From: Macrostomum lignano
Taxonomy: Eukaryota
Assembly (NCBI GenBank): GCA_002269645.1
Contig: NIVC01003276.1
Location: 1-64,000, forward strand
Length of the DNA: 64,000 nucleotides
Direction: 5' to 3'
Of this stretch, positions 11,651 through 23,883 are shown in pieces. Made by a program: the position numbers and the translations under genes. The notes under the pieces were generated by a model that was not told where the DNA came from, ran no database searches, and saw only the letters and a list, made by a program, of their open reading frames with translations. Position 1 is the first letter of the stretch. Every line of letters begins with the position of its first letter.

Positions 11651-13589
11651 CAAAAACTGCGTTTTTTCGACTTTGTCAAAAACTTTGATCTCAAAAAATA
11701 AGGATTGAGAATATGGCAGCGCTTAGCGAGTGGGCTCAGTAAACGCGGGCATTCAAACGCTACAATGATCAGAAATGGATTTTTTGATTGTACTTTAACT
11801 TTTAGGGTAAAAGTGCAAAAAACGTGTTTTCTGAGGTCGAAAAATCGGCATTTTTTTCAACTTTGCCTCACCGCAGCGAAAAGGACGCGCGATAGCGCGG
11901 CCTTTGAGCTGCCTCATAGCGTCAATAACACCTGGGGCTGTTTGATGCGCTATAGTTTTTAGGGCTAAAATGTACTTTTCACATGGCTGCCTATCTGCTG
12001 TTTAAAAGTACAAATTTTTAGTGCACTTTTGTGAGGCCTATGGCGTCGAGATGGAAAACTTTATTTTTGCTGTTTTGCATACCAAATAACTCAAATAGAT
12101 GTCTTTTAATCGGAAACATCGAGATTTGGCCGATTGGGCCATCAATAACCTGCCCAGGTGCCAAAGAGTGCCTAAAAACGACATTTTCGAAAAATTGGGT
12201 CACGTTTTAAAAAAGTAGTCCTCAAACTTGAAAAAGTGTTTTATGCTACAGTGTTGAGACTTTAACACGACGTGTCAAACATATGGAAATTTGTTTTCCT
12301 AAATTTTCTAAGCATTTGGACCTACCTGTGCTGAGCAGTGACCCGGAAACCAGGGAAAAAAGAGGCCGGGGGCACTGCAGAAAATCAGACGTTGTTAAGG
12401 AAATTTTTTTAAAATGGGGCAAAGTTTTTCGAGTATGGCGTCAAATTGTAGCCTATCGGATGCCCTTTTGAATGACATAAAACACTCCTGAAAAAACCTC
12501 TGTTAACAGGTACTTTTTACCTGTTAAGTGAAAAACGGCCCATTCGGGGTACAAACTTTGAAGTCGAAAAATAAGAATTTTTGCGCACCGATTTTTCTGC
12601 ATTTTCAATATTGTTTAGTCGAATAGCTAAAGTTACACCGGTCATACGCCAATATGGCTGGAAAATTCGTATTTTTGAGAAAATTGGCTCCGAATTTTTA
12701 GAAGGCTATTTTTGGGCAAATTTTGAGCATACTTTTGCTAATAACTCTGCATTGGCAAGGCCTAGAGACTCAATTTTGGTGTCTAAAAACAGCACTATGG
12801 ATGCACTGTGCAACTAAATTAGTTTTGAAAACTGATTCTTAAGTTAATAGGTCTTAATACCTGTTTGAATACCTGTCAGAACAGGTGAAAATGCACAATT
12901 TGGCGCCTAGGAGGCGTAAAATTTGTTGACATACTTTAAAAATGCATTAGATGAATGCGCCTTGATGTTATCTCTGTAACGACATGCAACTCGCATTTTT
13001 AGATGAAGGCGCTGCGATGCAGCGAGCAGAAATGTATGAAAAAGCAGCAAAAATCGTAAAAGTGGCTACCATAGGGAATATTCGATATAAAGGGCGTGCA
13101 CTGTAGAGCTTCGCTTAAGCAAGAGATGGATCGGGGCCGAAGGCAGTTGCTTTGTAAATGGCCTAAACACGGGTTCGAATCCCAAGTGGGCCAAGTTTTT
13201 TTTTTAAATTTAATTTTTTTAGCAGGAACGGATTTATTAGTATTTTCAATTCTCTTTCACTTGAATATAATTTAATATTGATTGTTTAATTTTCATTTCC
13301 TTCTATACCTTATTAAAGAGTAAGAGTGAAGCTGAAAGTGCGGCACAGATGATTTGTTAGTGCAGAAAAAATATTACGATACATATCGGCAAGTATCATG
13401 TGTTGCGCGGTCGCCAAAGGCTTACAAGCAGTTTTAGCATGCTAAAAAGATGTGTTAGAGGTGAGAAGAGTTGCGGAGGGGTGGGGTGGGGGAGCGGGGG
13501 TGTGGGGGCGGCAGCCCCCACGTTACGCAAACCCCACAACAACAACCACCCTCCCCAACAACAACGCGCGGGAGGGGTGGGGGAGCGGG

Positions 13590-15976
13590 GGTGTGGGGGC
13601 GGCCAGCCCCCACTATACCACTAGAAAAACTAATGCCAGGGGCGTGGGGGGCGGCCAGCCCCCCACTATACCACTAGACTAACTAATGCCAGGGGCGTGG
13701 GGGGCGGCTAGCCCCCACTATACCACTATACCACTAGACTAACTAATGCCAGGGGCGTGGGGGGCGGCCAGCCCCCCACTATACCACTAGAAAAACTAAT
13801 GCCAGGGGCGTGGGGGGCGGCTAGCCCCCTACTAAACCACAAGACTAACTAATGCCAGGGGCGTGGGGGGCGGCCAGCCCCCCACTATACCACTAGACTA
13901 ACTAATGCCAGGGGCGTGGGGGGCGGCCAGCCCCCCACTATACCACTAGACTAACTAATGCCAGGGGCGTGGGGGGCGGCCAGCCCCCCACTATACCACT
14001 AGACTAACTAATGCCAGGGGCGTGGGGGGCGGCCAGCCCCCCACTATACCACTAGACTAACTAATGCCAGGGGCGTGGGGGCGGCAAGCCCCCCCCACTA
14101 TACGAGCGTACCACTAGAAGAACTAATGCCAGGGGCGTGGGGGGCGGCCAGCCCCCACTATACCACTAGACTAACTAATGCCAGGGGTGTGGGGGGCGGC
14201 CAGCCCCCCACTATACCACTAGACTAACTAATGCCAGGGGCGTGGGGGCGGCCAGCCCCCCACTATACCACTAGACTAACTAATGCCAGGGGCGTGGGGG
14301 GCGGCAAGCCCCCCACTATACGAGCGTACCACTAGACTAACTAATGCCAGGGGCGTGGGGGCGGCCAGCCCCCACTATACCACTAGACTAACTAATGCCA
14401 GGGGCGTGGGGGCGGCCAGCCCCCCACTATACCACTAGACTAACTAATGCCAGGGGCGTGGGGGGCGGCCAGCCCCCACTATACCACTAGACTAACTAAT
14501 GCCAGGGGCGTGGGGGGCGGCCAGCCCCCACTACACCACTAGACTAACTAATGCCAGGGGCGTGGGGGCGGCCAGCCCCCCACTATACCACTAGACTAAC
14601 TAATGCCAGGGGCGTGGGGGGGGGCAAGCCCCCCCCCCCACTATACGAGCGTACCACTAGAAGAACTAATGCCAGGGGCGTGGGGGGCGGCTAGCCCCCC
14701 ACTATACCACTAGACTAACTAATGCCAGGGGCGTGGGGGCGGCTAGCCCCCCACTATACCACTAGACTAACTAATGCCAGGGGCGTGGGGGCGGCCAGCC
14801 CCCACTATACCACTAGACTAACTAATGCCAGGGGCGTGGGGGGCGGCCAGCCCCCACTATACCACTAGACTAACTAATGCCAGGAGCGTGGGGGGCGGCC
14901 AGCCCCCCACTATACCACTAGACTAACTAATGCCAGGGGCGTGGGGGCGGCCAGCCCCCCACTATACCACTAGACTAACTAATGCCAGGGGCGTGGGGGC
15001 GGCCAGCCCCCCACTATACCACTAGACTAACTAATGCCAGGGGCGTGGGGGCGGCCAGCCCCCCACTATACCACTAGACTAACTAATGCCAGGGGCGTGG
15101 GGGCGGCCAGCCCCCACTATACCACTAGACTAACTAATGCCAGGGGCGTGGGGGGCGGCCAGCCCCCCACTATACCACTAGACTAACTAATGCCAGGGGC
15201 GTGGGGGCGGCCAGCCCCCACTACACCACTAGACTAACTAATGCCAGGGGCGTGGGGGCGGCCAGCCCCCACTATACCACTAGACTAACTAATGCCAGGG
15301 GCGTGGGGGCGGCCAGCCCCCACTATACCACTAGAAGAACTAATGCCAGGGGCGTGGGGGCGGCTAGCCCCCCACTATACCACTAGACTAACTAATGCCA
15401 GGGGCGTGGGGGGCGGCCAGCCCCCCACTATACCACTAGACTAACTAATGCCAGGGGCGTGGGGGGCGGCCAGCCCCCCACTATACCACTAGACTAACTA
15501 ATGCCAGGGGCGTGGGGGGCGGCCAGCCCCCACTATACCACTAGACTAACTAATGCCAGGAGCGTGGGGGCGGCCAGCCCCCACTATACCACTAGACTAA
15601 CTAATGCCAGGGGCGTGGGGGCGGCCAGCCCCCCACTATACCACTAGACTAACTAATGCCAGGGGCGTGGGGGCGGCCAGCCCCCACTATACCACTAGAC
15701 TAACTAATGCCAGGGGCGTGGGGGCGGCCAGCCCCCCACTATACCACTAGACTAACTAATGCCAGGGGCGTGGAGGGCGGCCAGCCCCCACTATACCACT
15801 AGACTAACTAATGCCAGGGGCGTGGGGGGCGGCGAGCCCCCACTATACCACTAGACTAACTAATGCCAGGGGCGTGGGGGCGGCCAGCCCCCACTATACC
15901 ACTAGACTAACTAATGCCAGGGGCGTGGGGGCGGCCAGCCCCCCACTAGACCACTAGACTAACTAATGCCAGGGGC
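13590..15976. repeat. 51-53 bp GC-rich satellite, about 46 copies
   Basis: Unit ctaactaatgccaggggcgtggggggcggccagccccccactataccactaga; length varies in the G and C runs. Confidence 0.97.
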
Positions 15977-16151
15977 ATATGTCATAGCCATAAAAGGATA
16001 AAAACACAATATATAAACCATCGTCCCACCTTTGAAGACGACAGCGTCTTCATTCACTAGTCTATTTGATAATGGCAAAGAATAATTTTTTAAGTTAATG
16101 CGAGAGGAACAAATTTTAGCACTTATAGTTAACTTTGAGTTTCTCCAAAAG

Positions 16152-19100
16152 TCACATGCTTCTCCTGGGTTCAATAGTATCCTCGGGACCCGCCGGGATT
16201 GGAGATGTACGCAGCCCCTCTTGTTCTGGAGGCTCCTCTTCTTGTTTTCTCCCTGCCGCGTGCTCGCCAGCTTCAGGTGGCATTCTGTCGGTTTCTGCGG
16301 GCTCCTCGCCAGTTAGACTGTACGGATGTAGCTGATCCAGATGAACCTTTCGATACTTTGAGTTCGGTTCATCCGTCTTGATCATGGCCATGCTCCTTCC
16401 GATAGGCAAGAGCAGTTTTGCCGTGATTGGCTTGTCTCTCTCATTTTTGTAGATAACTGGATCCTCCAGTCCGACTTGCCTCTTGGTAAACGGAACCCTG
16501 AGCTTGTGCCCCAGCAGCTGTTCCGCTGGTGACGATCCCGCTTTGTTGTCTGATGCGCGATAAAACAGCAAGAAGCGGTCAACAGACTCTTAACTGAAGC
16601 CGTTCGCCTTAATGCTTTCCTTTAGCGTGCGAACAAAACACTCTGCAGTCCCATTACTTTGTGGGTGATAAGCTGCAATAGTTAGATGCTCACAGTCAAT
16701 TCCTGCCAACCACTCCGTAAAATCCTTGCTGACAAAGCTTGGTCCATTATCTGAAACAAGTGTCCTTGGAATTCCAAGCTAAGAAAATGTCCTCCTGAGA
16801 CACTGAATGACAGTTCGGGAAGTCATATCTTTGGTAATGTGGACTTCAGGATATCCGCTGTAAGAATCTACCAAAACGAGCATATAGTGGTTGTCGACTG
16901 GTCCTAAAAAGTCGATATGGACTCTATCCCAAGGACCCGCAGCCTCAGGCCAACTGGAGCGAAAATTCCTATTCTGCGGTTTTGCAGTCCTACAGATCTG
17001 GCACAAACCAACTGTCCGCTCGATATCGCTGTCCATGGCCGGCCACCAAAACTCCGCACGAGCCAAGGACTTGGTGCGGGACATTCCTAAATGAACTTCG
17101 TGTACCGCCACAATTGCTTTCATGCGTAAGGTTTTTAGAACAACGATCCTGTGGCCTCGAAGAATAACATCGTCCTGAACGCAAAGTTCTTATCGAACAT
17201 TCTTGAAAGGTCGCATGCAGCCTAGGGTGTTTGAAGCTTCCCGTTTTTATAGCGCTCGTCAGCAAGCGCATTTCGTTACACCTCTTCGTTGCTAACCTAA
17301 TATATTCCAGAGACAGTGTAGTTGAAACCGTGTGAATGTTACCAATCTCTAGAGTTTCACCGCTTCTTCCCTGCGGAACCAATATTGAGAGCGCGTCAGA
17401 TGCCATAGCTTTAGATTTACGATACTCGATCTCGTAATCGTACGCCGTGAGAAATATCGCCCATCTCTGCAGCCTTGCAGACACTCTCGATGGTAGCTCT
17501 TTGTCACAGGCTAAGATGTAAACGAGAGGTCGATGGTCAGTTATTAGCTTAAATTTTCTGCCACAGAGAAAACGATGGCATCTTCTAACACCCCATATTA
17601 TCGCAAGCGCTTCTCGCTCTATTTGTGAATAATTTCGCTCCGATGATGACAAAAGTTATCAAACAAAAGTTGCTGATGTACAAGACAGGGCATCCTTGTT
17701 GACTCAGGACACCACCTGAGTCAAGGGCAATTTGCGAAGCGTCTACTTCGAGCTCAACCGGTAGCTTTGGGTCGTACGCATGCAAAGCAGCGTCTTCTGA
17801 AAGTGATTTCTGAAGGTTTCTGAACGCACATTGTTCTTTTGCGCCCCAACGAAACTCCACACCTTTGCGCTTTAGATGTACCAACGGTGCCGATATTCCA
17901 GAAAGGTTTGGAATGAATCGCGAGCAGAACGTAATCAGTCCGAGGAAGGATTCTAACTCGGAAAGATTCTTCGGAGCTTCCATTACTTTGATCGCCCGCA
18001 CTGCACTTTCTCTCCGTCAGGATAAATGCGACCGCTGTCCAGAATATGACCCAAAAACCGGACTCGAGACAAATTCCGTTGACATTTCTGATCATTTACC
18101 CTAAGCCCTTCCGATACTAGACGGTGAAGTACTTCTTCTTCGCGTCCTTTTAACTCTGACTCATCGCTTGCACCAATTAATATGTCGTTCATATACGCGA
18201 TTGTTTTGGGAATGCCTTGGATCACTTGCGATATATACCGTTGGAAAATACTCGGAGTTGTTTTTATTCCAAACACAAGTTTATTGTACCTAAAATTTCC
18301 AAACGGTGTCGACATCACGGTTAGCGGTTTAGATGCGTCGTCCAGCTCTACTTGGTTGTACGCTTTCTCTAGATCGATGATACTGTACCGAAAGCATCCA
18401 GCTACTGTCGAGAACGCTTCCTCCGGGGTCGGTGTCGGGTAGCTATCCGGGACCAGCTGCGGATAAGCGTACTCTTATAGTCCACACATATCCTGATACT
18501 GCCGTTGGGCTTGCCGACTACCACGACTGGAGACGCCCATTCCGAAAATTTCACAGCTTCGATTATGCCCTCATCAAGTAAGCGATCCAATTCCTTTTTT
18601 ACTGCTTCACGCTGTGCAAATGGTAACGGTCTTGCTTTTACATACTTGGGTACTGCTCCGTCTTTAAGTTCCAAATGAGCTTTCATTGTAGCTGCACTTG
18701 CTGCCAGAGATGCCATATCCATGGAGACTTCCCCATTATGTCCTGTGTCCAGCTGTTCACAGAGAACATCTCGCCCCAGCAAGGCATAGCTCTTGCTGCC
18801 TTTCACTACCTCAAAGTCGATGCGCTGATATTTTCCATTCAGTTCTACCACAGCTTCGTATCGACCTAATACCGTGAACTTGTGATCACTTACATAGCCA
18901 CCCATCTGTGTATTTGAGTTCTTAAGAGCTGGTCGACCCAACTGTTTCCAGAGGGATTCTGACATTATGGACACACCCGCTCCGGTATCCAGCTCGCATG
19001 TCAGCGCGTATCTATTTTGCCCTTCTAGTACGGACACTGTGATGGAGATAGGCTTTCGGTGATCCCGATCTGGACAGCAACTTTGCACTTCAGCGACAAA

Positions 19101-20103
19101 TACTTCGGAATTTTCTTGAACATGTTTTACTGTTGATTTACTCGTGCCACCGGTCTTTCTATGTGAAAAGTCTGAGCCTCTGCAGGCTTTGGCAAAATGA
19201 TTAGCCTTGCCACACCGGTTGCAGGTCTTGCCATACGCTGGGCATTTAAACTTTTCATGATTGCCGCCACACTTCTTGCACAGCCGATCCGCCACTGCCG
19301 GAGTTTTGAAATCCTTCGACTTGAACCCTGGTTTCCGCGTTGAGACTTTCAGAACTGTTCCAGAATCTGATTTCGGAGCTGTCTTCATTATCTGCGTTTC
19401 CAGCAAACTTGAATGGGCTTCTGCTTCTGCTATCGCCTCTTTGAATGTGAGTGTTTTATGATCCTTGATGATCAGCTTTCCAACTATGGCTTGACTGCCA
19501 AGACCGCATATGAATTGGTCACGCATTCTCACATCTCTGTTTTCAAACTCACATTTCTCAGATGCTTTTATTAGTCTTTCTGCAAAAGCTCTTACCGGCT
19601 CATTGGGTTCACGGCCAATTTTTTGAAATGTAAATCTTTCGGCCCACATATGTCGTGGGTATTAACAGTTCTTGTAGTGCTCCTGTTAGTTCCTCAAACG
19701 ACATCTTGCTAGGCTTCTTCGGACACAGTCCGCTAGCTTATTGTAGAGAGCAGGTGACATTCGCATCCGCAGGACATAAGCTCGTGCAGATGCGTCCCAG
19801 TTAAACAGGGTGGCTCCGATCTCAAAACGATCGAGCCAACGATCCAAAATGGTTGACTTCTCCAACCTTTCAATCTCAGACATGCCAGAGGTTTGGCGAC
19901 TGCTCTGAGTGGCGTTCTGGGCTTGAGAATCCCTTTCAGTTGCTTGGGACTGTGACCGGTTTTGAGAACCCCCTCCATTACGGCTTGGAGAGATCCCAGC
20001 AGACTTGGCCGCTGACTTAGTCGGATCTGCAGACTTCGTCGGATCCTTGCTCATTATGAGCTTGAACGTCTGACCGTAAGGTTACGATTGCTTGCGACGC
20101 CAC
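16152..20103 (-). mobile_element. Ty3/Gypsy (Mag-like) LTR retrotransposon internal region gag-PR-RT-RNaseH-IN, frameshifted
   Basis: Gag with double Cys-His (CKKCGGNH...CNRCGKANHFAKAC), protease LDTGAGVS, RT RICVDYK...FGIKTTPSIFQ...YMNDILI, RNase H DAS...NYSQIEREALAIIWGV...TDHRPL, integrase HEVHLG...CQIC and VHIDFLGP...VDSYS. PBS-like tggcgtcgcaag at 20091-20102. Confidence 0.95.
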
Positions 20104-20297
20104 TGTTATGACTTCTTCTCTAGCGGAAGACAGTGAGTCAAGATCAACAAGGTCAACTTAAAAGTTGCACTCTTAGCAGAGCGTCTTATTTCATGTTATC
20201 GTAACTTTTCTTTTTTTATTTCCAAGCTTGAAGTATTGCTTCTTTAGCTCATGGCTGGGTGTGTGTGCGACTGGGTCGTCTATGGCCACACCCAACA
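20104..20297 (-). mobile_element. 5' LTR of the Gypsy element (194 bp)
   Basis: TGTT...AACA termini, directly upstream of the PBS on the minus strand. The far boundary is inferred because no second copy was found. Confidence 0.65.
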
Positions 20298-20298
20298 G

Positions 20299-20646
20299 TC
20301 ACCGCAACGATCCAACCCAGTCAAGGTCCCATTTCATCGTACTACACACCTGCGTACAGGTGTATAGTGAAAAACACAGCCCTCCAAGTTGAGCATCTGG
20401 AAACTGCTGTCTGACAGCTCGCCAAGCTGCGGCCTCGAAATCCATGACAACAGCTGTAGGTTGTGCATGTGGCACAAGACTGCGGAAAGCAGCGAGCAAC
20501 AAGCATTTGTTTGTTTTACTATAGTAAAACAACAGTTTAAAATCGGAGTAAACATGCGAATGTGGTAGGCGAAGACCTCCCACGGGTTGTAACTCATTTT
20601 CCGCCGCGCGATTTTGCTCATCCGTAAATTGTGCCATTGACGTCAT
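20299..20646 (-). mobile_element. MULE (Mutator-like) transposase fragment
   Basis: PTAVVMDFEAAAWRAVRQQFPDAQL + GCVFHYT (DFE...FP...GCxFH motif across a frameshift); it stops at the LTR edge. Confidence 0.75.
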
Positions 20647-23600
20647 TTTCCCTGCACGGAACCCGCGTTGCGCCTACTGTAAATTTCCTTCCCACTCCCC
20701 GTAATTTTGTTTGTTTTAGTGTTCTTCCATAGGGTCCACCCGGTGTCTAATCCTCACCACCCGGTGTACCCTCCTCTCTCCCCACCCGGTGTCTCTCTTG
20801 TCCCACTCGAGTAACCCGCTTTCCTCCCGGTGGTTCATGAGAGCCCTTTTAAGAGTCTGCGCCCTGCCTTTCCCTAATAGATAGACTGTCGAGATTCAAT
20901 TGGTTTTATTATTGGCGCCTTTTTTCCATAGGCAGCCCTGTGTATTAGTTTGGCAGTGAAATTCAATGAATAAACTTGCGAGCTTCTCTATCTCTAGCAA
21001 GCAGTCGGGAAATAGCCAGACTCTCGTGGCCCGTGCCCCGAACTCCGTAGGTTCGCCCGCCCTCCTTGACTCTATTACAGCTCAATGCGAGAGGCCCTTA
21101 ATTGTACGCCCAGGATCCCGACCCGACGCCCGTCAATCTAACGCCAATATTTTAAGTAGTAATACGCTTGTAGTCCTTGATTTTCTTCATTTAACAATAA
21201 TAACGATAATTAATCAGCTTGGCCAATCATTTATTAACTTCGGCCTGATCCATACTGTGTGTGAAACGGTGTCTTAGCCTTCGTGACCTCGGAAGCATTA
21301 TTTGACCCTTAGCCGTCTACTGAGAAGCGCTAGAGCGAAACTCAAGCTAGTCGTAAGCTTTAGAGCTTTTTCCGCGTACAATCGCCGTGGTGGCAGCGAC
21401 CTACTACTATTAGTAAGACTCCCGACAAATTTAGCTTATTTTGAAGCCCCCATTTCGGCTACAAAGTCTGCATTCTGAACGTCGGCAAAACTAGACCGCT
21501 CAGCTGCGACCACAGCTACCCTCCCCCTGAGCCTGAGGAACTCAGCAGCGGAGCTCCCCGTCATCTGCAAGTTTGTTTGAAACGCGGAACCGCACCGATT
21601 CGAATGGCTGTAACGAACAGATTAAACCCGCGGCGACCAACCAACTAAGAGTTCTCTCTCTCTTCCCCCCCCCTGACCTCACGAGCTAGAACCTTTGAGT
21701 GTCTTTTTTAAGTAGACATTTGTTTTATATCATATTCATTGTAAAAGTTATAAGCATTAGAAATATTAATTATGCAAGTTATGCAATGCAAGTAAGCAAG
21801 TAGTAGTAGCCACTTGTAGTGAAACGCGATAACTACTAGGCTGACTATCTGGGTATTATTTTTTTGCCAGAGACAAGGTGCAAAATCGCATTCTATGCAA
21901 ATGCGACTATACCCAATTTCAGGTTGCAATTTTAAGGCTCAAAGTGCAATTTCTCTTTATATCCTATTAAGGCAGTGCAAATGACAAAATGATGCTTAAA
22001 ATTAAAAATAGGTTATGAGAAGACTGCCCACACCTAACTCGCACCCAATTTTTAAAAAATAAAAGCTTAGCTTACTAGCTAACATAGATTAAACATTTTA
22101 ATGACTTTGATTAATGACTTGGCCTAATTTGCCAAGATTCCTTAAGAGTCTTTATTATAGTCTCTAATAGGCTAATAGCCTAATATTAAACATGAGTTAG
22201 GCCTAGGGCCTACATTTTAAAAGTTTTTAGACCTAAGAATATTCACAATCTTAGGCCTAATATGTTTTAGTGTAGAAAAAATAATACTTAAGTATTAATA
22301 TTATATAATTATCATAAACTAATTTAATTTTGAGTATAAATATTTCTAAGAATAATATTAAATATGCTGTCTACAGTTGCTTTTCTTAGGCCTCTAGCTA
22401 GGCCTAGTATTCTTTTGTTTGAAAAAATTCTACTTTAAGAGTAAAAAGTGTTATATATTATAGACTTTTCTTTGTCTGTCTAGGGAATAAGATATTTTTG
22501 TTTTATATTCATTTTAATCAATATATGTAGTTGATTTTTTAATCTAATTTCTGATTTAATATAAAAAACAAAGAGAAAGGCTAAAGCTCTTATTGGCTAA
22601 AGTCTTGTAAAACAAATCTTATTATCAAAACAAACTAAAATAATTTTCTTATAGGCTAAGAAAATATACCTTATTATTTAATATAAGTAAAAAAAATAAT
22701 ATGCACTTTTTAAAAATAAACCACATATTGTTTTACATAATAAATTGATATCTATTATCTTTACCTCTTATAGATAAGAAAGATAACTATAAGTTTGGGT
22801 TATTAATATAGGCATATAGTATACAAAAAGATTATAATAATGTGGTCTAATTTATCAATTAATTGATAAGCTATTCACTACAAATATTGTTTTAGTCCTT
22901 ACTTTACAGCTTACATATTTGATAGGCTTGCCTCATGTAGCCAGGAATGATAGACTATTTCATCATATCAAATTGCTATTTCTATGGATCCTAGGGCTCT
23001 AGCTACAGCTATAACTCTTGCCACTATTGCAGTTATGGCTATCATATAGCTAGCTATATGATTGGTAACAGTTGTTGCTAACTCTAGCCATGGCCAGACA
23101 ACATGGATCACATGAAATGGCATGGCATCATTAACTTGAATATTTACCATTTGTCAGCTGGGATAGTGCCTTTGGCTTGTATGGTATAGAGCCAAATTGG
23201 AATTATGGACTTATGGCCTGAGCCACTCTCTTTAAACCTTGACCTAATGCTCTTAAATATATTGGCTATTATAGCAGAGATTCATCAAGCTGCTGAAGTT
23301 CTAGCCTCATTAGGACTGAGTGTTGAGGTTGAGTGACCACAAGATAGTGGCCTGGTACCAGAAGGACTCCTGTAGGAGCCATAGCCACATATTCAAGCCC
23401 CATAGGACTGCTCATTGTAGTTGGAGTCCAGTCGAAGGCTTTGAAACCCCTCATTCACCAAGGGTGGTGGCTACCAAATCAGTGATGATTCTCTTAGCTT
23501 CCCTCTGTAAAATCCATAGAGGGGTTGTCAGTCATGGTTTTCTAGGCGCAGACACCATATATAATCTGACTTGTAGATAATAGTAGTGTATCTTGTGTGC

Positions 23601-23883
23601 ATCAAATCGGGATGCCACCCTCAGTTAGTGGAGAATGTTTAAGATATTTCTGCAGCATCCGATCTGGGGTGGCACAGGGGTGGCTCATTAAAAAAGGTAT
23701 CTCGTGATTTCTTAGAAAATAAAAACACAAAAACATGTATTTTATGTTACATTTTTGCTAACAGTGATTTTTGCAGTCACAATTTGTTAGTCACAATCTA
23801 GTTATTGTAATTATTTTCACCCTAGCTGACCGCTATATTAGAGCTGTCAAATCTCTCCCATCGCCCGCAGCCCAGCTGTCATC

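Larger units (their letters stand above)
11378..16060 (+). mobile_element. Non-autonomous Helentron-like element (about 4.7 kb) with an internal satellite
   Basis: 5' TT plus subTIR gtgggacgatg 11380-11390 (reverse complement of 3' subTIR 16019-16029); 21-bp-stem hairpin 11395-11453; 3' hairpin 16033-16052 and CTAG 16057-16060 followed by T; no coding capacity. Confidence 0.75.

Noticed and set aside
13590-15976. CRISPR-like appearance of the regular hairpin array (also 54043-54553)
   Set aside because: No unique spacers, no cas genes, eukaryotic context.
16151-16155. gtcac at both 16151-16155 and 20298-20302 as a TSD of the Gypsy element
   Set aside because: One base out of register with a TG...CA boundary and there is no 3' LTR; a 5-bp match can be chance.
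20700-21700. GC-balanced segment with a triple cacccggtgt motif; possible LTR or 5' UTR
   Set aside because: No recognisable termini or protein motif.
22921-23560. Attempt to recover a protein by reverting TA to CG in the CpG-free block
   Set aside because: No frame gave a recognisable domain by eye, so the ancestral identity is left unassigned.
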